A stretch of 63,595 nt of DNA, filler included, from Perkinsus chesapeaki ATCC PRA-425 (taxonomy: Eukaryota > Protista > Perkinsozoa): assembly GCA_013115145.1 (NCBI GenBank). It is 5 parts of 5 records of this genome, joined end to end, with 100 filler letters (N's around TTAATTAATTAA, not from the genome) between each part and the next. Parts side by side here need not be neighbours in the genome. Positions count along the whole stretch, not along the records: positions 1 to 12,972 come from JAAPAO010000802.1; positions 13,073 to 34,277 come from JAAPAO010000600.1; 3 more parts are not named here. One strand, written 5' to 3'. Both the position numbers and the translations under genes were made by a program. Every line of letters begins with the position of its first letter. The first letter of the stretch is position 1. The notes under the pieces are model-generated. The model searched no databases, was not told the DNA's origin, and saw nothing but the letters and a program-made list of their open reading frames with translations. Positions 10,416 to 23,500 of this stretch are shown in pieces.

Positions 10416-12690
10416 CCTTTAACTGTACAGCGTTAAGCTGAGGGGACAATCTTTGTGTAGCTAGTGTAGGTTTATAAGTCTGGGAAATGCTCATAGTTTC
10501 ACTTGGAGGGGTTAGTTAAATAGTAGCTCTGGGAAGTAGCTCAGTCGTTCAATGGATATATGACAAACAAGGACTAGCAAACGAGTTTTACGCTTTCGAA
10601 AAGATGAACGTTGTGGAATGTAAAAGACGATGTTTAGTTCCTATTTTCATATTCCTTTGCTCGCGCTTGTGTTCACGCGCCACATCATTGCACATCTTTC
10701 GGATGTCAAGCAATAGTTGACTCGGTAACGTTATTTGAATAAAGTTGAATCGAGGCAAGCAGCCGGAGCAGGAGGAATGCAATGTTAATATAATGTAGCG
10801 TATGACATGTGTTGATAGATTAATATATATGCAGACAATTGAAATTGAATCCACACGTTATATAAATGAGCCTAAGACGGGACAAGGGTTATCGATTGTT
10901 CAGAGCGGTATAGAAATGATCAATAAGTACGGCAATCGAGCTCAGAGGATTCCCCGTGAGTTCTCCGTGAACGTTAAAGTCATTTTGTGTGAGATTCAGT
11001 TTTTCTAAAGTTGTACGAAGGGCTTGCGTCTTAACTCAACCGGTCAAGGCAGTTCGCATGCGACAAAGGACTCTCTCTGTCAACCAACCTGATCCGCAGA
11101 CGTTGACTGTTCGTCAGCGTCTCGTAGTCTGTAGTCTTTTCATCACCAACAACGTAATCGTCAAGGACGGGAAATGCAAGAAGATCCTCCCAAGCGAATA
11201 CCTTTACATATCCCAAAACAACTCATTTTCAAATAAGGGCACGAAAGAACACCGAAGGATATCATCTGGAATCGGGAGCACAGCTGTAGATGCACAATCG
11301 TTGAAACCACTTGTCGATCAATCTCGTTATAATGCACAATTTATCATCATGATCTTGGCGCCGCAATCTAGCAATCTTGAAGCTAGAGCTACGGTAGAAT
11401 CTAGCGGGTAGATGACGCTCTTACTATTCGGCGTAATAACTTACTCGGGCTCTTATTACTTGGCTTATACTAGCATGACCTGGTAAACTAGAGGCTTATA
11501 CCGGCCGGACTGGCCGTGAATCACTATTTATGAATGGAGTTGATATCTCACTGTGTCCCTTTTGGGCGTTTACTGCCATGTATGAGTGACTTCAGGTTAT
11601 CCTGCTCCCTCTACTGTTCTATTGGAAAGCCTGTCTCATCGACTTGTATGGAATTCATGCATTATATCGTAACAGGATCATAAGGTTCACGTTCGAGATT
11701 ATAATAACAATTATTGCCCTTTATACTTTCGGGCATGGCTTGTAAGTCGATAAATGTATGAAAGTCCGCCTTTTCATTGAAGTCGTCAATAGCTCCTCAT
11801 CGGTTTTGAAAACTACCGGATTCATACGATTGAAAGATGCGTAAAAAGCCAACCACTTTTCCGCGTTGCAACGCCAGCCTTCTTTTATACATAACTGGAA
11901 TTAGTGCATCTCTTCTGGTATAATTCTGAGGAACCCGTCCCCTACTGAGAATGTAGGTTAATTTGTACCGCTCACGTTGCGGCTCTGTATTTAGTTTCCA
12001 ACCTATTCGATAATTGTCTGGAATTGGTCAACTTGCTTCCTTGTTCAGATACGACTCAATTAGGAATCTAGTTGAAGGTTAAGTCTCTTTAAAGCCTCGA
12101 TGGCTTTCGACCACCAAGCATCGCAGTATAGTATTTTCATACCGTATTTCTCTCTGATCTTCATTCCTTGACTTACTGGACCTCAACGGTCACTCATGCG
12201 ATATATAAATAACGTTTTTCCTCCAGGAGGCGGAGCCCCGTTCATCGTGTCTCTTTTTGTGTTGGTAAATAAAACGCTCTCTGAAAGTAGCAACTCTTCA
12301 GTCTGCCGCACTATGGAGCTGCTAATGCTCCGACAATTCCGTGATTCATCACACTAATCCTGATCATCGCTGATATATTCGACCCCGCATTTAGGAGTGG
12401 GGTATTAGTCTATTATAACATCTGAAGCTACTCGAGCAGCCCGGAGCGAGATCGCTATTTTTTGAGGAGCCGAATTTCAGAGTTATTGATTGATTGAATT
12501 TGAATTATCTCCTTCAATATGGGAAATGAATTCACCGATATTCAGTATTGAAAATGGCATATATATTGTTAAGCGTGCTTTCCTCAATCTCAGCTTCCAA
12601 TAGTGTCGTAGAGCTGTCTGCCCACAGAAAATGCGCAATTAATGCTCGGTTTCGTTAACTCCAGAAGATTCATTTGTCTATAACATTTTT

Positions 12691-12804
12691 ATGTCGGAAA
12701 GTTCGGGGCAGCGTATTGACGCGACAGATGAGGATGAGTTCGTTGGTGACACCTTGCCACCATTTGCGAATGACGAAATCAAAGAGAAGTTCCGAGAGCT
12801 CAAA
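12691..12804 (+). CDS. First exon of a gene cut by the gap; weak resemblance to the CCDC39 N-terminus
   Basis: ATG..MSESSGQRIDATDEDEFVGDTLPPFANDEIKEKFRELK followed by a GTAAGG donor. LPPFAN.E recalls ciliary CCDC39, from memory only. Confidence 0.35.
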
Positions 12805-12902
12805 GTAAGGGTTTATTCATACCACACTTCCGCTATATCGTGGTGAAGTTGGGGGGGGGATCGGGGGGTCAACCAATGATGAAAATCTACTGGAGTTCGA
12901 TA

Positions 12903-12972
12903 GGAGATATGTTACTAGTGATACGGAGGAGGAGATATAATAGAAAGGAGTTTGATAGGAAATATGTTACTA
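12903..12972 (+). repeat. ~40-45 bp AT-rich minisatellite remnant at contig end
   Basis: atatgttactagt and ggaggagatataat; reverse complement of the repeat at 48438-48525. Confidence 0.6.
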
Positions 12973-13072
12973 NNNNNNNNNNNNNNNNNNNNNNNNNNNN
13001 NNNNNNNNNNNNNNNNTTAATTAATTAANNNNNNNNNNNNNNNNNNNNNNNNNNNNNNNNNNNNNNNNNNNN
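12973..13072. other. Artificial scaffold gap linker
   Basis: N44-TTAATTAATTAA-N44 (stops in all six frames). Confidence 0.99.
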
Positions 13073-13145
13073 CCACTTCAATATACCCTGGGAGGTGGTA
13101 GTGGTGGTTTAGTATCGGCCACTTCAATATACCCTGGGAGGTGGT
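13073..13145 (+). repeat. 27-bp direct repeat, 46-bp period
   Basis: ccacttcaatataccctgggaggtggt at 13073 and 13119. Confidence 0.85.
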
Positions 13146-14539
13146 TTAAAAACTTCCAATTCGCCACCATCATCTAGGAGCTACAATTTTGGAGCTTTAG
13201 TGAAAACAATTTGAACGAATAAGGAACTTCAATTTGGATACATACTTCGTAACGCGACAAGGTCGACTTAGGCACCGTGGGGGGGGGGGGTACACCCAGG
13301 AAAGAACACTGGAGTAGAAGAGCAAACTAGACAAGCAAACGAAGAGAACACTCCATTGGGATCCATTCGTGCGCTCTAATCGCCACACTTCTCTCCCAGT
13401 ACCAGGGCAATAATTAGGAAATTATGGGAGCATTTCAGTGTGGGACGAGCAGTCCAATGCGGCATCAAACAGATCTGATGAGGGATGGCAGTAGTAAACC
13501 CACACATGCTGGGTAATAATGCAAACGAGTACTCCCGCAAAAGTCATTAACAGGCAAACTCTCAGAGCACAACCCGGGCAGCCAGACTACTGGTTGGATA
13601 AATCAGGTCGACGTCTTTCTATTTCAGTCAAGAGCTCTTGCCAAGATCCAGAGTATTTATCAGTCACTTCATCAATATGCATGGGATATTTCGATTCAGT
13701 CCCACTATTAGGGCACCATCGAATGTTACGAGAGTCTCAAAGAATTTCTTCGGAAGGAAACAAAGTCTAATCCAGCTATAGGGGCAGTCGCAGCCGAGAT
13801 TCGTTCTATGAGTCGGAGTCTGTGACATCCGCTGGTTCAAAATCTCAAAAGAGTATTTAGTCTCTCTTCCCCAGAACACGAGGGAAATTCTTGACAGTAT
13901 TACTTTACCACTGGCAAATCCCACGTTGGGGTTCCCAGCCCGATTAGTACGCGGTAGTTACCTTCCCAAAATCACGTCCAACCCTCTGCCCTAGTCACTA
14001 GGGCCTAGTGAGCTACCTGAGGATGCTAGAATGAAGGCATGCCTTTACGAGCCATCCAATAAAATTCCCTTCTCGGTTGAAACGCTCAGCAGAATATGGA
14101 TGATCAACGTTAATTGGACTTTGGGGAGAGACACCATAGAATTCATTCCGTCTCTCCTCAACAAAGCCAATGTCGAAATTAAACATTCCGCACTAGCCCG
14201 AATTACACAACCGTGTACTGTATGTACTGTAAGTAAAGGCAAATGGTCGCACTGAAATGTGAATCGATCAGAATGGCGAACGCTTTTTTGAATTCTCGTT
14301 GCAACGTGCCTTGTTGTGTTTGGTGGAGAGCAGCGTGTCGGTGATGTAAGCAGTTTATGAGCAGGAATACGCAGCTTCCACTTACTCTGCTTTGTTACTC
14401 CAACCAGGTTGAGCTAGAAAGATACTTTTAAGGCTTTTAAACTGTGTGTATTTAGGAGGTGTGAAAAGGATTTTTCAGTTGTTTTTCAAGGCCGTGTTCT
14501 TTCCAAGACTCGACCGAGCCATTTATTTTTTTGCCCAGA

Positions 14540-17500
14540 ATGCTGGTTAAGTGCGAAACTAAATCAAACAGGGTCAAAGGCCTTTCCTTCCACCCGAAGC
14601 AGACGTGGATCTTGGCCTCTCTCCATAACGGGTCAATCCAACTTTGGGACTACCGGTAAGAAGTAATGAAGAAAATGTGATAATTATGTCAGGCTTGGCA
14701 CTTTGATTGATACCTTTGACGAGCATGAAGGTCCAGTGAGGGGAGTGTGCTTCCATCGAACGCAACCATTGTTCGTGTCTGGTGGTGATGACTATAAAAT
14801 CAAGGTAATAAGGAGGGAATGTAAACTAATATAATAGATTATTAAAAGATCGTTATGTAAATGTTCGGGCCTTGCCCTGCTTTTCGGATTGAGCTGTTTA
14901 ATATGGTTGATGCATTTTCTGCTGGTAATGACTGTGGTTACTAGTGTTCGAAAGTACCAGTGTTTTATACACAGTTTGAACCAAAACTTGTGCAAGTTCT
15001 TTTTTGGAAATAAATAAATGCAGAATGGTCGAGGATGGTGCCGGAGTGACCTTGATATTATAAACGTTTGTTTCAAGTGTCATGAATGGTACTTTCCGAG
15101 CATGTTCTGAAAATCCGCAAATATATTGTCCCGGCAAAAACTACCTTCTAGGATTCGTATTATATCGTTTGTAAAAATAAGCCGGCGAAGAACGAATTCG
15201 CGTAACGGTTTATTTGTTTACAGTTGTTCAATTTAGGTTTTTATAAAATTATACTTTGGGAGCTTGGTGCTGATTATCGTTCTATAATATTTCAAGTGCT
15301 CAGGGATTTTTTGATTTATTTTTATTCAGGTTTGGAACTACCGTCTGCGTCGGTGCATCTTTACCTTGTTGGGCCATCTCGACTATATCCGAACGGTCCA
15401 ATTCCATAACGAGTAAAAATGGGGATATGGAAATTATTACTTTTCGAAGTTTGATTGAAATTATCAGTTTATCATCGGAATTGTTCTTCGCATTCTTACC
15501 CGGTGTTAAAATGAGCGGGGTAGTATTTGAAGCACAAGAGAGCTTTGATACTCCCGCGAACCAGGCAGATGGTGAATCTTGGTTCGACTAATCCGCGCTA
15601 CGTTAGCTATTTGAAAGGGAATTTTTGGGAGTATGGGCTGGGGGTCAAAGACTTGGGAATCTAGGGAAAGCCTGTGGACGTTCGGGCAGGAGGATGTGGT
15701 TTCATTCGTGTTGTCGGGGAAGTTCTAATCTGTGCTCCAAAGGTTTGGACCATCGCAGGAAATTCAAGGTTCTTGTATTACGGAGTTGTGTTACTGTTCC
15801 GGAGATATGATTTAAATTATTGTATATAATTATTATAATAAAATATGTTGCAAGGTCAAGGGGCTTGCTGGAGAGAAGAAGTTGGGCCGTTGATTGGATA
15901 ATAAATTATTGTCGAATTTCTTCAATTTTTGAAGGGGGTAGATTAACCTCGGGGGGAAGGAGGAGCATGCAAACCTTAATGATTGCATGAGTTGGGCTTT
16001 CAGGTACCCGTGGATTGTCTCGGCATCAGATGACCAAACTGTTAGGATATGGAATTGGCAGTCTCGGTCGTGTATAGCAGTGTTGACAGGTGAGGTTGAA
16101 GCGTGCATTTGGTGGAGAGAAGGATACGTTTTCAGGTCATAATCATTATGTTATGTGTGCGCAGTTTCATCCGACTCAAGATTTGGTAGTGAGTGCGAGT
16201 TTGGATCAAACTATTAGGGTTTGGGATACAACTGGGTTGAGGTATTTTGTATCATGCACTCTTCAACCTAAGATATACTTCTCAGGGATAAGACCGTCTC
16301 TATAGGATCGATGGGTGGAGGCATGATGGGACCCATGGGAGGTAAGAAAATAAATATTTTGATCGTTTTGAAAAAGTCGGGATTGATGGAGTGTAGATTC
16401 TATGTTGAACTACATCGTGTGTTTAATTTTGTACAGTATGTTTTATTATGTGTATGTAATCACATTATAATTGGTGATGGAATTGATTACGTGCTCCATC
16501 GTTATCGTCCAGTGCGTGTTGCTGACTAAATGATATTATAATAATACTGAGAATGGGCTAATACTGGGAGATTAAGTCGTTATCAAGTGATTTGGATTTT
16601 CAATAATTTATGTCTTTACCAAATTTAACAGCAAGACGAGTTTGGATCTTATTTGCCATCGAATGTGATGTTTAGAATAGACTGCGGGGAAGCAGTTTTA
16701 GTACTGCAATCGCACCCTCCATGAACGAGAAATCGTTAGCGGGAAAATCACTAAGTCATATTGACTTGCAGCCGACCAGGATCGTCGCGATCGTTGAACC
16801 CTCATTGCGTGAATGAGTTCGAATGATGTTTCATACATGTCACTCCGCTGTCCCCGATTGTGTCGATATTTCTCAGGTGCTGGAGGATCGAGAGGAGGCG
16901 GCTCGTTGGGCGCTGGAGCGGACATGTTCGGAACCACCGATGCGGTTGTGAAGTAAAAAGAATAAGACTCTTCTCCAGTTCTGTTTTGGGTGCTGCGAGT
17001 TTTTCTGCCTGTAGACATTTCTATAAAATATAATTAGTAATATGATTTTGTACCATTTTTATTCATATGGACTACAGTTGGCGATATTATCGGACGTTCG
17101 TTTTTCGAAGTGGGCGCCCTAAGCCTCAAACCCAATCAGGACCTTTTCTAGAATCGTCTGATGGTTACAGTATCACCGTTATAATGTGTTGAGGAATATA
17201 AACGATGTCGAAACTTTCGACATCGAAAGAGTCCTCAGAAAATTTTTCGGGTATTTTTTCAGCGGAGTGGTTTTTTCTGACACTTATGGCGTTAGAATTG
17301 ATATGGTAATTAATTTACGCGCCTTAAAATTGGAAGCATTTTTATGCCTTCTTGTAGTAATAACTTTTTTAATATGTCAGCAGGAGGGATGGAGTTGTTA
17401 GTCTGCCAACAGTAGTTAATATTATTATTATTGCTACTAGATTGTACTGTATGGATTTGACAATACAGGGACACTGTAAAGTATTGCTAATATAAAGTAT

Positions 17501-20500
17501 TAATCGTACGGGATGTGCCGATAAAATAGAGAAATAAAAAAATTAGTGCCAGCGAAAGTGTTGTGAGTTATACATGACACAATAATACGCTTTTATGGTA
17601 TATAAATATGGCAGTGATAAACCAATCGTAGTTTAATTCATTTTTTCCAGATACGTTCTTGAAGGTCACGAGCGTGGAGTAAACTGGGCATCGTTCCATC
17701 CCACTATGCCATTAATCGTTTCTGGTGAGGGCGATTTTTTCCGGAAGAATTTTGATTTTTTCCCGTAGGGTCGGATGACAGACTTATCAAGATTTGGCGA
17801 ATGGGCGATGGCAAAGCGTGGGAGGTTGACACACTTAGGGGTCATTTCAACAACGTCTCTGCAGTGGCTTTTACGAGTAAGAAGAATATTTAATTATACC
17901 ATATTTCCGTCTGATCGTAAGCCTGTCGAATAGGGAGTTTCATGTACTAGGTAACTTTGACTTAATCCCGCGTACAGCACGTTTCAGCAAGACTTTTTTC
18001 TTTTATAATTCGCCGGAAATTTTTCTGCCGGAATTTTTTCCCGGAAATTTTTTGGCGGTGGAAGATAATATTGTGTTATTCTCCAGCTAAGAAGGATCTG
18101 ATAATTTCCGATTCGGAAGATCGCACCATCAGAGTTTGGGACGCCACTAAGAGGGTTGCGATACACACCTTCAGGTAGGATGAAAGATTCTTCAGAGGTT
18201 GATTCGTGATCCTCAGGCGTGAGAACGATCGATTTTGGATACTCGCGGTGCACCCTACCAATAGCCTTATTGCCGCAGGTAAGATTCTTGAGGCCAGAAA
18301 ATGTGCAGTTGGAACGTTATTGAATTTTGACATGTTATTCATAAATGATATTGATAGTGATATCTTAATTCCTTTTTTTCAGGCCATGACTCTGGCATGG
18401 TTGTATTCAAGCTTGATAGGGAGAGACCAGTGTTCGCCTTGGGGAGCGCGAGTGGTCATAGTGGACAAGTAATACGAATGGGGAAATGATTTTTTATTGC
18501 TGCTTCACAGTATTGATATTACTTATATACACTGCGCGTCAAATTCTTATCAACTACGGTTTCTTCGATCTTGAAATTTAAATATCACGTATTTGGTATT
18601 ATGCGCTTGGTATATTGTGAAAATAGCTGTTATAGCTGACATACACAGGTGATTTCAGTGAGCTAGTCGCAGTCGTGCCAGATATATGGGAAAAGTAAGC
18701 CGACAAATTGTTATGAACTACTTTGAAAACTAATCTAACATGAGGATATCACAAGAACCGAGGGACCCTCATCTCAATCTTCTTCTATTCTTTTAGTCTC
18801 TTTATCTGGCCAAGGATGGTTATTTAACAGTACAGAATATCGATCAAGCTAAGGTGCAGCCGGGAACTACTGAGAGTAGGTCGGAGGTTCGATCCCTGGT
18901 GCGGGCATTTTATTGGTATTTATTTCCTAAGTCATTGGTAAGCTTGTTGAACCATCACTGTGATTAAATTTTCATTGATATTCATTCGCCCATTTTTGTT
19001 CATCGGGTAGGTTGTTGTTTTTCAGTCACGCCACAGACGACAAGTCTGGCGACTCTGAGGAGGCCACCGAATGCGATGGTATCGTCCTTGCGGCAATTGA
19101 TGGTGAATCCGTATTCCAGTACGGATATGAACGCAATTGTCATGTACATGGACCAGCAGAATGTTTGTAATAGGGGCAATAATCGATCAGGTGATCGATA
19201 TCTTTCTAGCGAGATCATCTTGCGCTGGCTTTCTCGAATTTTTTTTCGGCTAAATATGTAGACGAGCACGCATTCATTCCAAGACTGAAGGATTTGGATG
19301 GGGCAGTTTGGTTATCATCGTTTACCTGATCGATTGTGGTTAATTTGATAACTATCCTGGTAGATTATCAGCTCCGAAAAAATCGATTAAGTGATCGATT
19401 ATGTTATAGCTTATATTCCAGGTTCCTATGATCTATACACCTGCACCAACGCCCAGCTAACTCAAGGTCTCCGGGATCCCCTTGCCCCCAAGGAAGGAGC
19501 ATCTTGCAATGGAGCATGCTTTGTCAGTCGCAACAGGCTCGCGGTAATTAAAGTTGTCTTAATTTCGTACGCGAAAATTTTGTATTTTTATGCGTTTCTG
19601 AGAGCGAGTTATTCAGCAAGAGATTATTATATTATGAAGTATTTATTATAATATCTTTATTAATAATACTACTAGTTGTCTATAATAAGATAAGATCGAT
19701 ATAATATAGAGAATCGAAAAATGAAAGGGGAGTCAATTTTATGTGGTTTTTTCGAGATTGTTTGCGCGCTAAGCGTATTGTGAGTAAAACTGATATTTTC
19801 AATAATTATTATAAATACAATTTCAAAAGGGCGTGTAAGATTATTAACTCTTTAATTGTTGTTATGATAGTAAGATCGTACACGCGTAACTATTTTATAT
19901 TTTCAATATCAGGTGCTTCACAGGGATAACACTTTGGGGCTGTATAATCTCAATAATGAGCTGGTTAAGAAATTCGAACCTCCGGTGCCGAAGAATCAGA
20001 GTAATGTGGAGGCTATATATCAAGGAGGGAATAACAAGGTAATAGTTAAATCGATCAGGTGATCGATTATCTAGCATGCGTTCAGTGCCTTTTATAGTGC
20101 GGGAGTATCATGCATTTCGCCGAGATCCCCTATGTCGAGATGGGGATTTCTGAGCGGAAATTTCTGGGGAATTTTCGCTTTCGCTGGCGGCGAGGTTGTT
20201 TGGTGCAGAGTCGTTATTTTATATTTATACAATCGATCGCGTGATCGATTTTGTTTTCAAGGTTCTGCTCCGGTCCGGTGAAGTGGTGCAGCTCTTTGAC
20301 TTCAACGCTAGAAGTGTCGTTGGCGAGATCACCGTGGCTGGTGGGGTGAGATACGTTGTATGGAGCAAGAATATGGAGTAGGCACAGGTTCGATCCCGGC
20401 ACCTGTCATTATTCCTGTATTTTTAGTTATGTTGCATTCCTGGGGAAGCACAATATTACTTTGGCGAACGGACGCAATCTGGAGCTCTTGCATTCTTTGC

Positions 20501-23500
20501 ATGAGAATGTGAGGGTTAAATCAGGGGTAATATTTCGGGGAGAAAAGAGGGCAATTTTTTTCCTATGACAAATGGTTTGAAAATGCGGATGTTTAGGAGA
20601 ACGTGTTTTGGTTTTTTTGCGGGGAATTTTGGGCGTTATTAGTTGCAAATTTTTGGGCTGATCCGGAAATGAATATTCCTGTTTGAAAGAGCTGATGAGA
20701 ATAGAAGATCATTCAGAACTTTTCTGCATTTTTCAGAAAATTTTCAGCAAAATTTTCGGTGATTTTTGTGGAATTTTTTGTCAGGTATGGGACGAGACTC
20801 AACCAGGAGTGTTTGTGTTCACAACATTATCACATTTGAAGTATACGATAATAAATGGAGATTATGGCATTATCAACAGTAGGCGAAATTATACCATATT
20901 TCCGTCCGATCTTGATCACAGCGCGGACTGCATTGTAGAGTCGTTTCGAGAATAAAGTTAGTTGATCAGTATCAGGGAGAGAATCTTAGTTGAGCGGTAT
21001 CCGTGTCAAATCACCTTCGACTCGACGCGAGCCTGTGGGCTGTTGGTGCTGCTGCTACTGCTTCGATTGCTTATAGTGGGCACTTCTGAAGTACCTAGGT
21101 TTAGCGTAAAGTCGTTGAGCAAATAGAATTAACGATGGTAACACCATACGCGTTGGGCGGTTGCGAGATAAATTTTGGTACTTGCGAATGCATTACGATT
21201 GACTATGCCGAAAAGATTTAAATTGGAAAGTTACTTTCGCTTGGGCAGGCTTGGCTGAAGTTTACTATCTGTGTCGGGTGACGAAGCAAACGGTTGTCTA
21301 TCTGGACAGGGAGAATGCTATCCATAAGCGCCCTCTTAATAATGCAGAGTAGGTTGCAGCGTGCATTTCGGGGTGGAGAAAGATGCGTTTTTTGTTAGGT
21401 ACTGCTTTAAGGTTGCATTGTGGCAGAAACGGTATGATGATGTTAAGAAATGGATCAAGCAAGCTCGAGTGTGTGGAAATGTCAGCATAGGGTAATAGGA
21501 GGGGTATCTTAGGTTGATGGGGGGAAGATGCGCGAGAGGTTGGAAGGCGGTCGATGATGAACACGCTTTAGCTTCGATTGTGAATATGAGAATCCATTTA
21601 CAGACCGAGTCTTCCAAACTCATGAGAAAGGTTCGCACATTTTTTGAAGAAAAAGATTTCTATTGCCATTTTGGTATCAAATTGATGTATGGTTAATGAT
21701 ACCATTACCTCTGTAGTATTACATTGTGTATCAATATATACTTTAGAAGAGGGCTTATGTGGATAGATACTCATTATTATCAACTTATTATATTCTATCT
21801 ATCACCGTCGCTCGGTCACTCTGGTCAACAAGTAACACATTTTCTTCCAGCTATTCAACACCAACACAGTGTGTTTCCGATTCATCCTTTTTTCCGATTT
21901 TTCGAGTTTTTTCGTTTTTTTTGTTCCTTCGTGAAGCCTTATTTTTGTATGCTAAAAGGTGGTGCTTGGCGTAGCTTACCAATTTCTGCGCAGCTTTCAT
22001 ACCGTATTTTCCTGCAGGTACCTTAAATCTAAGGGGTACCCAGAAGTAGCCCTTCAATTCGTTGATGATCCGCTCACGCGGTTCAATTTGAGTCTTGAAT
22101 TTGGTCATCTCGACGAAGCCCTCAGTTGTGCGAAGAGGATCGACCAGAAAGTAAGTCGCAGGTTCGAATCCCAGGAGAGGTATTTTTATTTTAGGAGGTT
22201 TGGGGTCGACTCGGTAAGGAGGCATTGAGGCAAGGAAATGTCCAGGTAAGATATTACGGATTCTCTCGTGAGTTTTCAAATTGATTTTTCGTGGAAATTG
22301 GCGGCAGTTGGGATAAGGGTGGAAAATTAGGTTTTTTCGCCTAGAAATTTTTGGGGAATCTTCTCACAGATAAGTAGTGTATCGAAGAGTGTAAATCATT
22401 CTAAAAATATCATTTCTAGAGGGTGAATGACGATGTATTTTGGGAAAAATATTTTTCAGATGGTTGAAATGGTGTACCAGAAGACGAGGAATCTTTCCGG
22501 CTTGTCATTCCTTTATTTGTCCACCGGAAACCGCGACAAGCTGAAAAAGATGTTGACGATTGCCAAAAAGAGGAATGATCCTATGGAAAGGTAACTGGGT
22601 TTTCTTGCAATTTTATTGCATTTTATTGGTTAGGTTCAATACTGCTATGTATCTTGGGGATGTTGAGGAGCGCGCGAGGGTGTTGGCTGAGGCGGGACAG
22701 TTGCCGTTGGCCGCAATTATGGCTAGTAATAAGGAGGATATCGATGAACGATTTAATATGGGAGAATTGTCAAACGATTTATAATGGGGAAATCTTAATG
22801 TTTAATTAGTTTCTTGTTTACCTTTTGTACACTTTTCTGTGAAGATTGGATTGTGCTCCGCACGGGCCAAAAATTGTGAATATAATAGGTTTGTAGAGGG
22901 AGAAAAAATATGATTTACACGGTTCTAGTGGGAATGTTTGGTGGTGTTGTAGATTCATTTGAGTTTATTATTTTTATGCAATTACTTGCTCAATTTCTAT
23001 ATTTCTGTATCTCTGTCGCACTTGAATCTAAGCTGGATTTGTGTCCAACTCCACGTGAACGACTTTATCATTCTAGCAATAACTAAGAGGAGATTTCTGA
23101 GCTTAATTCTTCTACTTGGTCGATTGGTACGAAGATACGGAAGTCGCGCCATGAGTGGATAGTAGGGATTTGTATTATGTTTCAGAAACATACGGGCTGG
23201 ATGATCTCTATCAGGAGTTATCTGCCGGCAATCAAGCGCTGACTGGTAAGTGTAAGGAGGATTAATGATTATTATTTTTCGGTTTTTCTATCAGAAAGCG
23301 CGCCGGATGTCAAGTCGTCGTTGTTGCAGCCTCCAGTGCCGCTAACGCAAGCAGCCACGACCAACTGGCCTTTCTTGATGAGCATGGAGCAGATCTTCGA
23401 TAATAAATGGGCGGGTGTTGAGGAGGCAGCGCCGGCTGAGGAGGAGCAGCAGCAAACGTTCTTGCCGGGCTTCGATGATGAGGAAGAAAACGTCGCCAAT

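Noticed and set aside
11400-12500. Stop-riddled minus-strand frame with gag-like wording (NAEKWLAFY...KTDEEL)
   Set aside because: No recognisable zinc knuckle, RT or integrase motif; cannot support a retroelement call.
12973-13072. TTAATTAATTAA between N runs, four times, and ORFs ending in X...LIN
   Set aside because: Artificial six-frame-stop scaffolding linker, not biology.
13500-14255. Short ORFs with scattered Cys pairs after the first gap
   Set aside because: No coherent domain or exon chain.
16698-17018. 106-aa minus-strand ORF nested in COPA
   Set aside because: Antisense shadow over a real COPA exon (GAGGSRGGG...[11 protein letters not shown]) and flanking intron.
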